Source of the DNA: an uncultured bacterium
GTDB lineage: Bacteria > Omnitrophota > Omnitrophia > Omnitrophales > Aquincolibacteriaceae
Direction of reading: 5' to 3'
Assembly (NCBI GenBank): GCA_964434115.1
Contig: CAYSSX010000009.1
Span: forward strand, 19,992 to 83,991
DNA: 64,000 bases
A program made the translations under genes and the position numbers. Position 1 is the first letter of the stretch; each line of letters starts with the position of its first letter. A model generated the notes under the pieces. The model did no database searches, was not told the origin of the DNA, and saw only the letters and a list, made by a program, of their open reading frames with translations. Shown here piece after piece: positions 20,350 through 29,986 of the stretch.

Positions 20350-22035
20350 ATGATTTATCCAAAACTTTTTACAACGCTCAAGACTTATTCTTTTAAAGCC
20401 TTCACAGCAGACTTTGTTGCCGGGTTTATTGTAGGCATTGTGGCGCTCCCCCTTGCGATTGCTTTTGCCATAGCCTCGGGAGTCTCTCCTGACCGGGGCC
20501 TTGTGACCGCTGTCATCGCCGGATTTATCATTTCATTCCTCGGCGGAAGCCGTGTTCAGATCGGGGGCCCGACAGGCGCTTTTGTTGTCATCGTTTACTC
20601 GATCATTCAAAAGCACGGCGTCGACGGTCTAATCATTGCCAACATCATGGCGGGGGTCATTCTCATCCTCATGGGGGCCGCAAGATTCGGGGGGGTCATC
20701 AAGTTCATTCCCTATCCTGTCACCGTGGGATTCACAAGCGGCATTGCCGTCATTATTTTCACATCTCAAATTAAAGACCTCTTCGGACTAGAGATGGGAA
20801 CAGTTCCCGCCGAATTCGTTGAAAAGCTGCAAGCCTACGGCGAGCACCTTCACACCCTGGACCCCGTTGCAACAGCGCTCAGCGCCGCCTGTCTGCTGAT
20901 TCTTATTTTCTGGAAACGCGTCTCTCAAAAAATTCCCGGTTCACTCATCGTACTGGCTTTCGCGACAGCCGCAACGGCCCTTCTCCACCTTCCGGTTGAA
21001 ACCATCGGAAGCCGTTTCGGTTCGATCCCCAGCACCTTACCCGCTCCGGTTTTTCCTGCGGTGACCTTCGAGAGAATCCGTGAACTCATTCCTGCCGCAA
21101 CCACGATCGCTATTTTGGCAGGTATTGAGTCGCTGCTTTCCGCGGTCATCGCCGATGGCATGATCGGGGGCAAACACCGCTCCAACATGGAACTCATCGC
21201 CCAAGGGATCGCAAACGTCATCACACCGCTTTTCGGCGGCATTCCCGCCACCGGCGCGATCGCCCGCACATCGACCAACATTCAAAACGGCGGAAGAACG
21301 CCTGTCGCGGGGATGGTTCACGCTTTAACGCTCCTGGTCATTATGCTTTTTTTCGGGAAATGGGCGGTGCACATTCCGCTCTGCGCGCTCGCGGCCATTC
21401 TTGTCATCGTGGCTTATCACATGAGCGAATGGCGCTCTTTCAAAATGATCCTTAAAAGCCCCAAAAGCGATGTCATCGTGCTTTTGACCACTTTCGGCCT
21501 CACCGTTTTAGTGGACCTGACGGTAGCGATTGAAGTCGGAATGGTACTTGCGTCCTTTCTTTTTATGCACCGCATGTCACTTGTCACCAATGTCGATGTT
21601 GTCACGCGCGATTTTTCAGACGATGACGATGAAGAAAAGGACGACCCCAACGCGATTTCTACAAAATCCGTTCCCGAAGGTGTCGAGGTTTATGAAATCA
21701 ACGGCCCATTCTTTTTTGGAGCCGCGTACAAATTTCTCGAGTCTCTCAACGCCACGGGCATCAAAAACCCGAGGGTCCGTATCCTCCGGATGCGCAATGT
21801 GGGTGCTATTGACGCAACCGGGATGAGTGTCCTGAAGCAGGTTTTCCAGGCCTCGCAAAAGAAAAATATCGCCTTTGTCCTTTCGGGTATCAAAGCCCAG
21901 CCACGCCGGGCGCTTGAAAACTCAGGCTTACTGGACCTTATTGGCCCTCAAAACGTCCTGGCCAACATTGACGAGGCCCTGAACCGGGCCCGGGAAATAC
22001 TGGAATCGGGCTCCGGAATACCTTCAAAAACCTGA
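20350..22035 (+). CDS. SulP family inorganic anion transporter with C-terminal STAS domain
   Basis: Multi-TM N-terminal domain with the SulP signature region, and a C-terminal STAS fold ([16 protein letters not shown]...). 561 aa. Confidence 0.9.
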   Translation: MIYPKLFTTLKTYSFKAFTADFVAGFIVGIVALPLAIAFAIASGVSPDRGLVTAVIAGFIISFLGGSRVQIGGPTGAFVVIVYSIIQKHGVDGLIIANIMAGVILILMGAARFGGVIKFIPYPVTVGFTSGIAVIIFTSQIKDLFGLEMGTVPAEFVEKLQAYGEHLHTLDPVATALSAACLLILIFWKRVSQKIPGSLIVLAFATAATALLHLPVETIGSRFGSIPSTLPAPVFPAVTFERIRELIPAATTIAILAGIESLLSAVIADGMIGGKHRSNMELIAQGIANVITPLFGGIPATGAIARTSTNIQNGGRTPVAGMVHALTLLVIMLFFGKWAVHIPLCALAAILVIVAYHMSEWRSFKMILKSPKSDVIVLLTTFGLTVLVDLTVAIEVGMVLASFLFMHRMSLVTNVDVVTRDFSDDDDEEKDDPNAISTKSVPEGVEVYEINGPFFFGAAYKFLESLNATGIKNPRVRILRMRNVGAIDATGMSVLKQVFQASQKKNIAFVLSGIKAQPRRALENSGLLDLIGPQNVLANIDEALNRAREILESGSGIPSKT

Positions 22036-22126
22036 CCCAGCCGCAAGATCTCCTCTTTACGCTTCCTTGAATTTTCGCTAATATAGGTTCCTTCATCCCC
22101 CCCCTACAAAAAGGCTGCGGTAGTTT

Positions 22127-25100
22127 ATGGACCTGTTAAAAACAATCGGCTTCTCCTTGGACTCCGCGGACGCCCAGCCGCAGGATGATAAAGTTGTTCA
22201 ATACATCAACCTGAAACTGGCGGCGCTGGGCTACCCGGTCTTCGGCAATAAAGGCGATACGGAATTTCTCGAAATCGCGAAACCCCTGCTCAATAATCAC
22301 CGCGAAAAAAATCGTCTTCTTTCCAACTATCTTTGTCCGGCAGATAAACGCATTCAGGATTTTCTCGATGATTACCTGAAAGACGTTGCGACCAAAACAC
22401 CCGCGCGCCTGCCCGGGAACTCCTTGATTCTTGACCGGCATGGCCTCGCGCGGATGATGTCGCTTCCCCCTGACCGCGATAGTTTTGTTTCCGACATCAT
22501 CAGTTCCTACAGAATCAAGCAGGGGGTGCTTCACAACCCGCGCAACGACCGCCGCACCACTCAAGGCGTTTTTCACGTGGCCGAGGGCGGCTTCCCCATT
22601 CCTGATGACAAAAAAGCAGTCCCTAAAAGTGTTTTCAGAAATCTTTTGATCGCGGCTTTCCAGCCGACCCTGGACCTGCTTCGTCTGCCTTTCACCTCTT
22701 CTCAGGAAAATCAGGCTGAGCTTTTTGTGTCTTTACTGCTGCGTCCTATCGTCTGCCCCGCGGTGCCCGGGTACATGCCGGAAAAGTCGATGGAAATACG
22801 CTTTATTGCGCCCGGCAACATGGTGAGCAATCTTGACTTCGTCGAGTCAATTTTTGGCAATGCCGGAGATCCTTTTTTGCCCGAAAATGATGCGGCTCTC
22901 GACGTGGATCATTGGACCGGACACACCGGCTGCGTCATCCTCGCCCCTCATCTGGCACGCCTCAAGAAAAAGGACCTTGGCCTGCCCCATTACGATCAGG
23001 CCACGGAACGCCAGCGCCGGGACGGGATGTGCTGGAAAAAAGAAGACGAGTTTTACAATGACGGCGGGGCTTTCAAAGTCACATGCCGGGACGGCCGCGG
23101 CGTTATTGTCACCATCATCGCGGATAATTATTTCGGGTACTGCAAAAAGGAAGTCAAAACTCAAATCAGCTACTCCGCGAATCTCTACGGCCTTTGCGAG
23201 GAAGAGCACGCCGGGGGCGCCATTGCCTTCCCAAGCTATGACCTTGGAGAAGAGTTCGCGCTTGATGAAGTGCTGCTGAAAAGCGACGCGAGTTTTGAAG
23301 ATATTTCCCGCCTTTACGGCGACATGATGGACGTCAAGCCGGAAGGCTATGGCATTGATAAAACTTATGCGGATATCATTTATGTCCCGGGAGACGCGAA
23401 GTTCGACCTTCCTAAGAAGATTGTTTCCTGGATCCGGAACGGTAAAGAAGAAACCATCCAGCTTATCGCTTCAAACACCTACGTGCTTCCATCAGGCTAC
23501 AAAATCCACGCAAAAAAGCATACCGGCGGACACAACTGGATTCTTGTCGGAACCGTCGCGGAAGGCACGCTCTGCCACAAACCCTGCACGGTTTCGGGCG
23601 GAGGAAAATCGGAAATTTCAAAATCCATTGTCGATGCCATGATTCAAGGGCCTGTTTTTACGGCCAATCTTCACCAGGACATGAATGAGATTGCCGGCAT
23701 TCTGGCCCGCGATTTCAGCACCCGTTTCCGTACCAAGCCCAATCTGGACAGGCCCAGCCGGTCTATTTTGAGCCCCAAACGCTCCCTGGGCTCTGTCATC
23801 AAACTTTTTACGCCTGCCTCAGAATTCACCGACGAATACAACGCCTGGCTCGAATCACTGCCGCCTCATATCAAAGACATGATCTTTGTGGTGAAACGTT
23901 ATTACAAACCCGACTGGCAGGATAAGTGGCGCGAACACTTCAATGTCGACATGATTAATGGGTACCTCGGGCATGAGCTCAAGTACGGCAGCCGGAAACT
24001 CGTTGCCAATTACCTCCGCGTGGGCCGGGAAAAAGACGGGTCCTGGCGTATTTACAAAGTCCGGCAGGATTTTAGCCCGGCCCAAAAGGTTCAGGCCGAG
24101 GATGACATTACGGCTTCTGTCATCGTGTCCCGCCAGCTTCTCAAACACCTGAATCCGGAATACGACAACCCGAGCGTCAAATTGGTGATCAACTCCGAAT
24201 ACCGTCTTTTCCAGCGCCCGGATGATGCGATTCACCGCGGTTATGACAAACAGGCCGAAGCCGATCTGTCCAGCCCCGGCTCCTTTCTTTCCAATTACGA
24301 ACCTTTGACACGCTATGACGCCAAAGAACTTATCCTGGACGCTATGAGTTTTGACCTTTACACGGACCCCGTGAAAGAAATGGTTCAGAAATTCGCGGGC
24401 GAATCCAGCGGCACTTACTTTGTGGTTCCTTCTCATCCACGAATGGTGGACGGAAAGCCTTCAAAAAATCCGCGCTACCTTCAGAACCGTCCGGACCTCA
24501 TGAACCCGCGTCAAAAATATCTGGCGGAAGTCGGCACCCGCCTGATGCGCAAAGTCCCTTTGAATGAACCCGTGGTTTTTCCGGTCAATGAAGTTCTTCC
24601 CGGAAGACGCAACAATCCTCCGGACAAAAAGGCCGGCATTCCTCCTCTTGCGGTCTATAACCCGATCCATTACCAGGAACTGCCCGAATTGTTCATGGAT
24701 TTCATCTGCAGCGTCACCGGCAAATCCCCTTCAACTACCGGGTTTGGTTCAGAAGGTGCTTTAACCAAAGGGCCGTTTAACGCGCTGTGGCCGATTGTGG
24801 ATTTAAACAATGCCCTTGTCTCTTACATGGTCACCGGCTATCACGGCTTCACGACCGCCGCAGGCTACATCGGCCCGAATATCCGGGTTGATCACGACAT
24901 CAGCCTTCTGATTCCTGAAATCTGGTCCCGCATGACGGTTCAGGAAAGAAGTCCCGAGTTCCTCATTAAAAACGGCTATTTGGAAAAGCTGGAAGATTTT
25001 CATCATAACGGCCAGGAAATTCCGGCCGCGTTTCTCGGCTACCGGATCACTTTGCGTTTTGTGCAGGCTTTTCTTGGAAGAATTTTCAACAATCCGAACG

Positions 25101-25639
25101 CGGTCTTTAGCCTGGAAATGCTGAAGCCTGAAAAGCAGGATCTTCAGATGTTTGTGGACGGCATTCTGAACATCGTGGCAACCCAGAAAAGAGTTGCGGA
25201 AAATTACTTTAAAGACGGCAGTATTGAAGCGGCATGCCCTCCTCTTAAAGCCCTCCTCCACATCATGGTTCACGGACAATACGAAGGAAAAGACCTGACC
25301 CATTCCGATATTCGGGCCATGTTTACACGCGAGTACCTGCTTCAAAGCGATTGGTACCGCGAGCGCCTCAAGACCCGCCAGGACCGTGAAACGGTTTTGT
25401 GGGAACGGCACACCAAGTATTTGAGGGATTACCTCAAGAAGGAAAGTCATGCTGAAGCCATTGACCAGCTTCAGCTGAAGGAACGTCTCAAATCCGCAAA
25501 GCACGAATACGAACGGGTCACTTCACCCGCTTACCTCGAGTCCCTGAACGGAACCATTGGCGCCGATCCTTTTTACGGCCAGCTCAAACCATTTCCTTCT
25601 CAGCAGGAAATGGCGGGAAGCAGCCTCTCCAGCCGCTAG
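22127..25639 (+). CDS. Very large (1170 aa) soluble protein of unknown function; candidate PPi-type phosphoenolpyruvate carboxykinase-like enzyme (hypothesis)
   Basis: Single uninterrupted ORF 91 nt downstream of the SulP gene with no intervening terminator. It carries a P-loop-like CTVSGGGKSEISK segment reminiscent of PEPCK kinase-1a motifs. There are no ATP-grasp, biotin, TPP or repeat signatures. The size matches the roughly 1150-aa PPi-PEPCK family. The functional call is inference only. Confidence 0.85.
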   Translation: MDLLKTIGFSLDSADAQPQDDKVVQYINLKLAALGYPVFGNKGDTEFLEIAKPLLNNHREKNRLLSNYLCPADKRIQDFLDDYLKDVATKTPARLPGNSLILDRHGLARMMSLPPDRDSFVSDIISSYRIKQGVLHNPRNDRRTTQGVFHVAEGGFPIPDDKKAVPKSVFRNLLIAAFQPTLDLLRLPFTSSQENQAELFVSLLLRPIVCPAVPGYMPEKSMEIRFIAPGNMVSNLDFVESIFGNAGDPFLPENDAALDVDHWTGHTGCVILAPHLARLKKKDLGLPHYDQATERQRRDGMCWKKEDEFYNDGGAFKVTCRDGRGVIVTIIADNYFGYCKKEVKTQISYSANLYGLCEEEHAGGAIAFPSYDLGEEFALDEVLLKSDASFEDISRLYGDMMDVKPEGYGIDKTYADIIYVPGDAKFDLPKKIVSWIRNGKEETIQLIASNTYVLPSGYKIHAKKHTGGHNWILVGTVAEGTLCHKPCTVSGGGKSEISKSIVDAMIQGPVFTANLHQDMNEIAGILARDFSTRFRTKPNLDRPSRSILSPKRSLGSVIKLFTPASEFTDEYNAWLESLPPHIKDMIFVVKRYYKPDWQDKWREHFNVDMINGYLGHELKYGSRKLVANYLRVGREKDGSWRIYKVRQDFSPAQKVQAEDDITASVIVSRQLLKHLNPEYDNPSVKLVINSEYRLFQRPDDAIHRGYDKQAEADLSSPGSFLSNYEPLTRYDAKELILDAMSFDLYTDPVKEMVQKFAGESSGTYFVVPSHPRMVDGKPSKNPRYLQNRPDLMNPRQKYLAEVGTRLMRKVPLNEPVVFPVNEVLPGRRNNPPDKKAGIPPLAVYNPIHYQELPELFMDFICSVTGKSPSTTGFGSEGALTKGPFNALWPIVDLNNALVSYMVTGYHGFTTAAGYIGPNIRVDHDISLLIPEIWSRMTVQERSPEFLIKNGYLEKLEDFHHNGQEIPAAFLGYRITLRFVQAFLGRIFNNPNAVFSLEMLKPEKQDLQMFVDGILNIVATQKRVAENYFKDGSIEAACPPLKALLHIMVHGQYEGKDLTHSDIRAMFTREYLLQSDWYRERLKTRQDRETVLWERHTKYLRDYLKKESHAEAIDQLQLKERLKSAKHEYERVTSPAYLESLNGTIGADPFYGQLKPFPSQQEMAGSSLSSR

Positions 25640-25659
25640 CCCTCAAAAGCCCGGCTTCG

Positions 25660-26994
25660 TTAGATCAGATACTTCTGAAATAAGACCGCAAAGCCCAGGA
25701 AAGACAGAAAACCGACAATGTCGGTCACTGTGGTGAGCACGATATTCGAGGACTGGGCCGGGTCAAAACCAAGGCCTTTCATCACAAGCGGAATCGCGGC
25801 GCCCGAAATTCCCGCGGCCAGAAGGTTCACCATCATCGCAAGCGCCACGACGACCCCCAGCATCACGTTTCCCTGCCATAGCCAAGCGACAAGCGCCGTC
25901 ACAGTTCCAATGACAAGCCCATTAACAACTCCGACAAAACCCTCTTTTAAAACAAGCTTCCAGCTTTCTCCGGGACGGATTTCCCTCATCACGATGGCCC
26001 GCATCACAACGGCCAGCGACTGGGCGCCGGCATTTCCGCCCTGCCCTGCAACAATCGGAAGATAAACAGCAAGAACGGTAATTTTCGCAATAATCCCTTC
26101 AAACATCGAGACCACGGCACCCGCCGCAAAAGCCGTCACCAGGTTGATGTGCAGCCAAGGCAAACGCTTTCTGAGGGAAAAAGAAACGGGTGAGAAGGCC
26201 CTCTCATCACCGCCGGCGCCGAACATTTTCTGAAGGTCTTCGGTCGCTTCTTCCTGAATGCCCTGAATAAGCTTTTCAGCCTTCACAATGCCTAGCAGCC
26301 GGCCGTCCGCATCCACCACGGGTGCCGCAAAAAATTTCCTTCTGCTAAGCTCATCCGCCATTTGCTCGCGGTCCATAAAGCAGCTCACTGAAAAAACCTC
26401 TTTGCGCATCACTTTGGAGAGGGCCGCATCGGGAGACGCAAGCATCAGATCCCGCATATTGATAACGCCGACAAGGCGGTTCACATTATCGACCACATAG
26501 GCATAAGAAGCCGGGTATTGGCGCTGAGCAAGGATGCGGATCTTGTTAATCGCATCGCGCACCTGAAGGTCTTCATGAAAAGACAGCATGGCCGTTGTCA
26601 TGATCCGGCCTGCACTGTCTTCCGGATAAGCCAAAAATTCCAGAATACTTTTCTTGAGCTTGCCCGGCAGGGTCTGCACAAAACGCTCTCGTGATTCCGC
26701 ATCCAAATGCATAAGGATCGCGGCGCTCTGCTGAGGATCGAGCTTTTCAACAATCGGCGGAAGCAGTCCGGAGGGAATATTTTTGAGAAGCGCGGCAGCG
26801 GCCGTTAACTCCAAGTGGGGGAAAATTTTAGCCGCAAGCTCCGAAGGAAGCTCTTTCAAAATGTTAAGGGCTTCCTCTTCTCCAAGGCTTTCCAGGCTGT
26901 GGGCCGCAGCCACAGGGTCCGATTCAAAGTATTTTCTGACAAGCGGCAGCATAGTCACGGCTGGCTCCCTTTTTTCTTCGGTATTTTCACTCAT
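25660..26994 (-). CDS. mgtE: Magnesium transporter MgtE
   Basis: N-terminal domain, CBS pair and the C-terminal five-TM MgtE domain (GNAGAQSLAVVMRAI...TVTDIVGF). 444 aa. Confidence 0.9.
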   Translation of the reverse strand: MSENTEEKREPAVTMLPLVRKYFESDPVAAAHSLESLGEEEALNILKELPSELAAKIFPHLELTAAAALLKNIPSGLLPPIVEKLDPQQSAAILMHLDAESRERFVQTLPGKLKKSILEFLAYPEDSAGRIMTTAMLSFHEDLQVRDAINKIRILAQRQYPASYAYVVDNVNRLVGVINMRDLMLASPDAALSKVMRKEVFSVSCFMDREQMADELSRRKFFAAPVVDADGRLLGIVKAEKLIQGIQEEATEDLQKMFGAGGDERAFSPVSFSLRKRLPWLHINLVTAFAAGAVVSMFEGIIAKITVLAVYLPIVAGQGGNAGAQSLAVVMRAIVMREIRPGESWKLVLKEGFVGVVNGLVIGTVTALVAWLWQGNVMLGVVVALAMMVNLLAAGISGAAIPLVMKGLGFDPAQSSNIVLTTVTDIVGFLSFLGFAVLFQKYLI

Positions 26995-27485
26995 GACTTT
27001 GCCCCCAAAGATCTTATCCTCCGCCGTTCTTCCCCCGCGGCGTAACGCCTTTTTTCTTCTTCCGTCTCAAGCTGCAGCCTCGGGACTTCAACGGGTTTTC
27101 CCCGAAGATCTACAGAAACCATCGTAAAATAACAGGAGTTCGTATGGCGCCTTTGACCTGTTTTCAAATTCTCAGCAATGATCTTGATTCCGATTTCCAT
27201 CGAACTTCTTCCAACATAATTGACCGAGGCCTTAAAGGTGACGAGTTCACCGATTTGAATAGGCTCGTGAAAATCAACGCGATCCACGGATACGGTGACG
27301 CAGTTGGGACCCGCATGCCGGGAAGCACAGACATAAGCGACGCTGTCCGCAACCGAAAGGATGGTTCCACCGTAAACCGTGCCCGCGAAATTGGCATGAT
27401 GAGGCATCATCAGCTGGCTCATTTCGGTTTTGGAATCTGCTGCTTTTTTCATCCCCATAACCTGCTCCCGTCCATTTGACTTCAA
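26991..27485 (-). CDS. Acyl-CoA thioesterase (hotdog fold, YciA-like)
   Basis: HANFAGTVYGGTILSVADSVAYV hotdog thioesterase motif. The stop overlaps the mgtE start (ATGA). Confidence 0.8.
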   Translation of the reverse strand: MKSNGREQVMGMKKAADSKTEMSQLMMPHHANFAGTVYGGTILSVADSVAYVCASRHAGPNCVTVSVDRVDFHEPIQIGELVTFKASVNYVGRSSMEIGIKIIAENLKTGQRRHTNSCYFTMVSVDLRGKPVEVPRLQLETEEEKRRYAAGEERRRIRSLGAKS

Positions 27486-27636
27486 TTTTATTTTGACTAT
27501 ACTACTCGTGCTTTTAACCGTTGTGAAGCTTTAGGTCAATCTCGATAGTGAGAATTGAGAAAAAATCCGCAAGTTTCAAGCTTGCACTTTTTTCGTGCAG
27601 CCTGCCAGCTTCACCTGCAAGAAGAGGGAAAGAACT

Positions 27637-27843
27637 ATGGCTCAAGGTGTCGTGAAGTGGTTTAACAATCAAAAAGGTTATGGGTTCATTACTCCGGATG
27701 GCGGCGGCAAGGACGTTTTTGTTCATCATTCCGCAATTCAGGGGCAGGGATTCAAGACCCTTAATGAAGGGGAAGCGGTTGAGTTTGAGATCGTCCCCGG
27801 GCCGAAAGGCGAGCAGGCTGCGAACGTGGTGAGAGGCAAATAA
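27637..27843 (+). CDS. cspA: Cold-shock protein (CspA family)
   Basis: [18 protein letters not shown] ... VFVHHSAI with RNP1/RNP2 motifs. RBS AGAGGGA. A long 5' leader lies upstream, as is typical of csp genes. Confidence 0.9.
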   Translation: MAQGVVKWFNNQKGYGFITPDGGGKDVFVHHSAIQGQGFKTLNEGEAVEFEIVPGPKGEQAANVVRGK

Positions 27844-27870
27844 CTCCTTTCATCAAAAGCTCTTTGGTAA

Positions 27871-27904
27871 AATCCCCTGCCCTTAACAGCAGGGGATTTT
27901 TTTT
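27871..27904 (+). terminator. Rho-independent terminator after cspA
   Basis: TCCCCTGC-ccttaaca-GCAGGGGA hairpin followed by T8. Confidence 0.85.
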
Positions 27905-27910
27905 CGAATC

Positions 27911-27939
27911 TTGCAATTTTGGAACAGATGGTTTAAGAT
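27911..27939 (+). promoter_or_regulatory. Putative sigma-70 promoter (TTGCAA-N17-TAAGAT) of a short transcription unit
   Basis: Hexamers read directly. It sits between the cspA terminator and a second terminator about 230 nt downstream. Confidence 0.45.
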
Positions 27940-27965
27940 TCAGGCATTCTTCGGAAGGTAAAAAA

Positions 27966-28094
27966 ATGAACCGTAATCTCCTTAAATTTTATGCATGTGT
28001 AAAACCCATGATGACGATCATGGCGAAGGCATGGATTATGCCGTCCGCCCATCGTCGTGAAGCCTTGGGTTTAAGGGGGTTGGCACCGGTTTAG
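27966..28094 (+). CDS. Candidate small ORF (42 aa) within a promoter-to-terminator unit; alternatively a small RNA
   Basis: ATG preceded by GGAAGG at ideal spacing. It encodes MNRNLLKFYACVKPMMTIMAKAWIMPSAHRREALGLRGLAPV. A strong terminator lies 40 nt downstream. Confidence 0.3.
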   Translation: MNRNLLKFYACVKPMMTIMAKAWIMPSAHRREALGLRGLAPV

Positions 28095-28130
28095 CAGGTA
28101 AGTCTTTATAACAGGTTCCAGGCAAACTTA

Positions 28131-28170
28131 AGCCCATGGCTGAAAAATCAGCCATGGGCTTTTTTTTTCA
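28131..28170 (+). terminator. Rho-independent terminator
   Basis: AGCCCATGGCTG-aaaaat-CAGCCATGGGCT hairpin followed by T9. Confidence 0.85.
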
Positions 28171-28195
28171 CAAAATCCAAACCAAGAGGTGATGT

Positions 28196-28411
28196 ATGAA
28201 ACAGACAGTGCAATTTCCGAAATCAAAAAGATTTATCAAGATCCAGCGTCATCCCGTAAAGCTGACAGCGCTCTTGTACCTGAAGGAGGCTATTGCTCAG
28301 GAAAACTACGAAGTGTGCGCTGAGTTCATCAGAACCGCCAAAGAGTTCGGGGCTAGCGCTCCGGAAATTCAGGCGATTCTGGAAGATTCGAGACGGGTTC
28401 CTTCGGGGTAG
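28196..28411 (+). CDS. Small hypothetical protein (71 aa)
   Basis: Good RBS (AGAGGTGA). Non-repetitive helical sequence. The 3' end overlaps the convergent hydrolase gene by about 59 nt. Confidence 0.4.
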   Translation: MKQTVQFPKSKRFIKIQRHPVKLTALLYLKEAIAQENYEVCAEFIRTAKEFGASAPEIQAILEDSRRVPSG

Positions 28412-29417
28412 TTTCCGTCTTCTCCTCCGCTCTGCGCCAGGCCAGGTCTATGGCTTCAAGGACCTTGTCTGGCGCGGCGAAAGAGGGCTGATGGCCAATG
28501 CCTGGAAGCACCATCAGCTCTGAGGAGGAAACTGCCGAATGAAAACGTTCTGAGTGACGTTCCTTGGGTGCAATCACGTCAGCATCACCCGTGAGCAGGA
28601 TAACGGGTTTTTTAATCTCGCTTAAACGCGCATCGGCCTGTTCAAGGCCTTTGGGAAGATTCCGGATGTCCTCGGCATTGGCTTTAAAATTGAGCGGCCG
28701 CCGCGCGAGAGACGCGGCCGTTTCAAGGTATTCTGAGGGGACCGAACCGGAAGAGAACACACGCTTCGTGATCCCCTTTTGAATGATCATACCTAGCGGC
28801 TCGACCAAGGCTTTAAGATAAATCGATCCCAGTACGGGCCAGGCAGGCGCCCGGTGGATGATTCTCGGGGGTCCGTCATACGGAGTAACATAGCCGGAAA
28901 TAAGCAAAAGCGCGGAAACATCGTCGGGATAATCCAGCAGGTATGCCAAGGCGACCGCGCCGCCGAGGGAATGCCCGGCAATGACGGGCTTTTCAATTCC
29001 AAGAGCTTTGACAGCTTCGTGCAAAATACGGGCATGATCAAAAATCGTCATGCTCGTTTTCCAAGGCCGCTCGCTGTACCCATGGCCGGGACGGTCAAAG
29101 GCAACAGCATCAAAATGTTCCGCCGCGCGGGAAAAAACAGAAAGGGTGAAGTCATTAACGGAACCAAAGCTGCCGTGGATGAAAACAACAGGACGGCCCG
29201 TTCCTTGACGGACATAGTGCAGGCGCAATCCTTCGGCCGTAACAAACGATCCCAAGGGCGGATACCGGCGTTCCGTTTCCGCAACCTGCCAATCAGAGTA
29301 AACGCGAAGCCCGCATAGAACCAAGGCTAAGACGGCAAAAAAAGCGGCAAGGCCTTTCAGGAACTGGGATACTTTCATTCTTTGACTCTCAGGCTTTTGC
29401 GGACAGGAGGGCTTCAA
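28353..29417 (-). CDS. Alpha/beta hydrolase (membrane-anchored or secreted)
   Basis: N-terminal hydrophobic anchor, HGSFGS oxyanion region, and the GHSLGG nucleophile elbow (GxSxG). The start may be the second Met (29378). Confidence 0.8.
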   Translation of the reverse strand: MKPSCPQKPESQRMKVSQFLKGLAAFFAVLALVLCGLRVYSDWQVAETERRYPPLGSFVTAEGLRLHYVRQGTGRPVVFIHGSFGSVNDFTLSVFSRAAEHFDAVAFDRPGHGYSERPWKTSMTIFDHARILHEAVKALGIEKPVIAGHSLGGAVALAYLLDYPDDVSALLLISGYVTPYDGPPRIIHRAPAWPVLGSIYLKALVEPLGMIIQKGITKRVFSSGSVPSEYLETAASLARRPLNFKANAEDIRNLPKGLEQADARLSEIKKPVILLTGDADVIAPKERHSERFHSAVSSSELMVLPGIGHQPSFAAPDKVLEAIDLAWRRAEEKTETTPKEPVSNLPESPEFPER

Positions 29418-29967
29418 GTTTTTGCGTCAAATCAGGGTCCAGCGGATCCACGGCAGAATCAAAACGCGCGGATATCTGGCCGTCTTTATCAATCAAGAAT
29501 TTATTAAAATTCCAGGTGATAGGGCCTTCGTACCCCGGCGCATTGACAAGGTAGCGGTAAAGCGGGTGCGCATTCGGACCCGAAGTCTCGATCTTTGAAA
29601 ATAAATCAAAGGTCACGTGAAATTGAAGATCACAAAATATTTTAATATCTTTGTCGGTCCCCGGCTCCTGCCCGCCGAAATCATTGGAGGGAAACGCGAG
29701 AATCTTGAAACCCTTTTCTTTGTAATTTTCATAGAGCTTTTGGAGAGACGCATACTGCGGCGTGAATCCGCACCCCGAAGCCGTATTCACGATCAGAACC
29801 GGATGCCCCTCGTAGCTTGAAAGGGGCACGTGCTTGCCCGTAATGGATTTCGCGCTGAACTCATAAATTCCTTTGGAGCCTGAAAAAACCTGCGCACCAC
29901 CCGCAGTCATCGAAGCACCCAAAAAAAAGAAAATTCCGGCACACTTTAAAAAGCGCATTTTATTCAT
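29389..29967 (-). CDS. Glutathione peroxidase family protein with signal peptide (periplasmic)
   Basis: NTASGCGFT catalytic Cys motif and FPSNDFGGQEP, both GPx signatures. N-terminal signal peptide. Confidence 0.85.
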   Translation of the reverse strand: MNKMRFLKCAGIFFFLGASMTAGGAQVFSGSKGIYEFSAKSITGKHVPLSSYEGHPVLIVNTASGCGFTPQYASLQKLYENYKEKGFKILAFPSNDFGGQEPGTDKDIKIFCDLQFHVTFDLFSKIETSGPNAHPLYRYLVNAPGYEGPITWNFNKFLIDKDGQISARFDSAVDPLDPDLTQKLEALLSAKA

Positions 29968-29986
29968 AAAACGTCTTCACTCTCCG

